DNA from: a virus
Lineage: Duplodnaviria > Caudoviricetes
Length of the DNA: 64,000 bases
Direction: 5' to 3' (one strand)
Virus record (IMG/VR): IMGVR_UViG_3300033075_001536
Location: 32,001-96,000 of that record
The notes under the pieces are model-generated. The model saw only the letters and a list, made by a program, of their open reading frames with translations, was not told the origin of the DNA and ran no database searches. Numbering within the stretch: the stretch's first letter is position 1; the number at the start of each line of letters is the position of its first letter. The position numbers were made by a program, and so were the translations under genes. Positions 63,975 to 64,000 of this stretch are shown here, one piece after another.

Positions 63975-64000
63975 TTAATTTAGATTAAATTTACATAAAT

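Noticed and set aside
1-64000. Bacterial chromosome origin suggested by dnaK, clpP, nusG, greA and rnpA
   Set aside because: These genes are isolated from their usual operons and embedded among T4-like UvsX, RNase H, Rnl1, PhoH, homing endonucleases and orphan genes
1-64000. Stop-codon reassignment (TAG or TGA recoding as in some large phages)
   Set aside because: Conserved genes are full length under the standard code, TAG and TGA end ordinary genes, and the only clean in-frame interruption is one TAA
1-64000. CRISPR array, cas genes, rRNA, RNase P RNA, tmRNA, reverse transcriptase/DGR
   Set aside because: No regularly spaced repeats or recognisable motifs seen, and intergenic gaps are too short for large RNAs; covariance-model searches were not run

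Overview
A very AT-rich, gene-dense segment of a large (jumbo-type) tailed phage genome. T4-superfamily markers are UvsX/RecA, a T4 RNase H-like 5'-3' nuclease, an Rnl1-type RNA ligase, PhoH, six freestanding homing-type endonucleases and large virion-like proteins. The host is probably a member of Bacteroidota: DnaK, ClpP, GreA, NusG, RnpA and a DUF4295/bL38-like protein look Bacteroidota-like, TAnnTTTG promoter elements are present, and Shine-Dalgarno motifs are not obvious. All family assignments come from motif recognition by eye; no database searches were run. Main observations: (1) About 26-28 unrelated proteins begin with a short tag (MKYLKxFE/MKxYxxFIxE) resembling the T4 capsid-targeting sequence, and these genes mostly follow an AATATATA box 4-8 nt before the start codon. 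This suggests a large late-expressed, capsid-packaged and injected protein set that includes an RNA ligase, a PQ-loop transporter, a protein with a hidden lipoprotein signal and a ~15-copy paralog family. (2) A separate set of ~10 small proteins shares a C-terminal R-[DNE]-x-[KNT]-[LI]-x-x-[ILV]-[LIT] tag. (3) A translation-related set comprises a bL38-like ribosomal protein, RNase P protein, a (p)ppGpp hydrolase, and an anticodon-domain-less Asp/AsnRS paralog next to an aberrant long-variable-arm tRNA-Asp(GTC). (4) There is an EXD2-like HNH protein and a locus where two overlapping frames are both open downstream of a structured leader. No CRISPR array or rRNA was seen.
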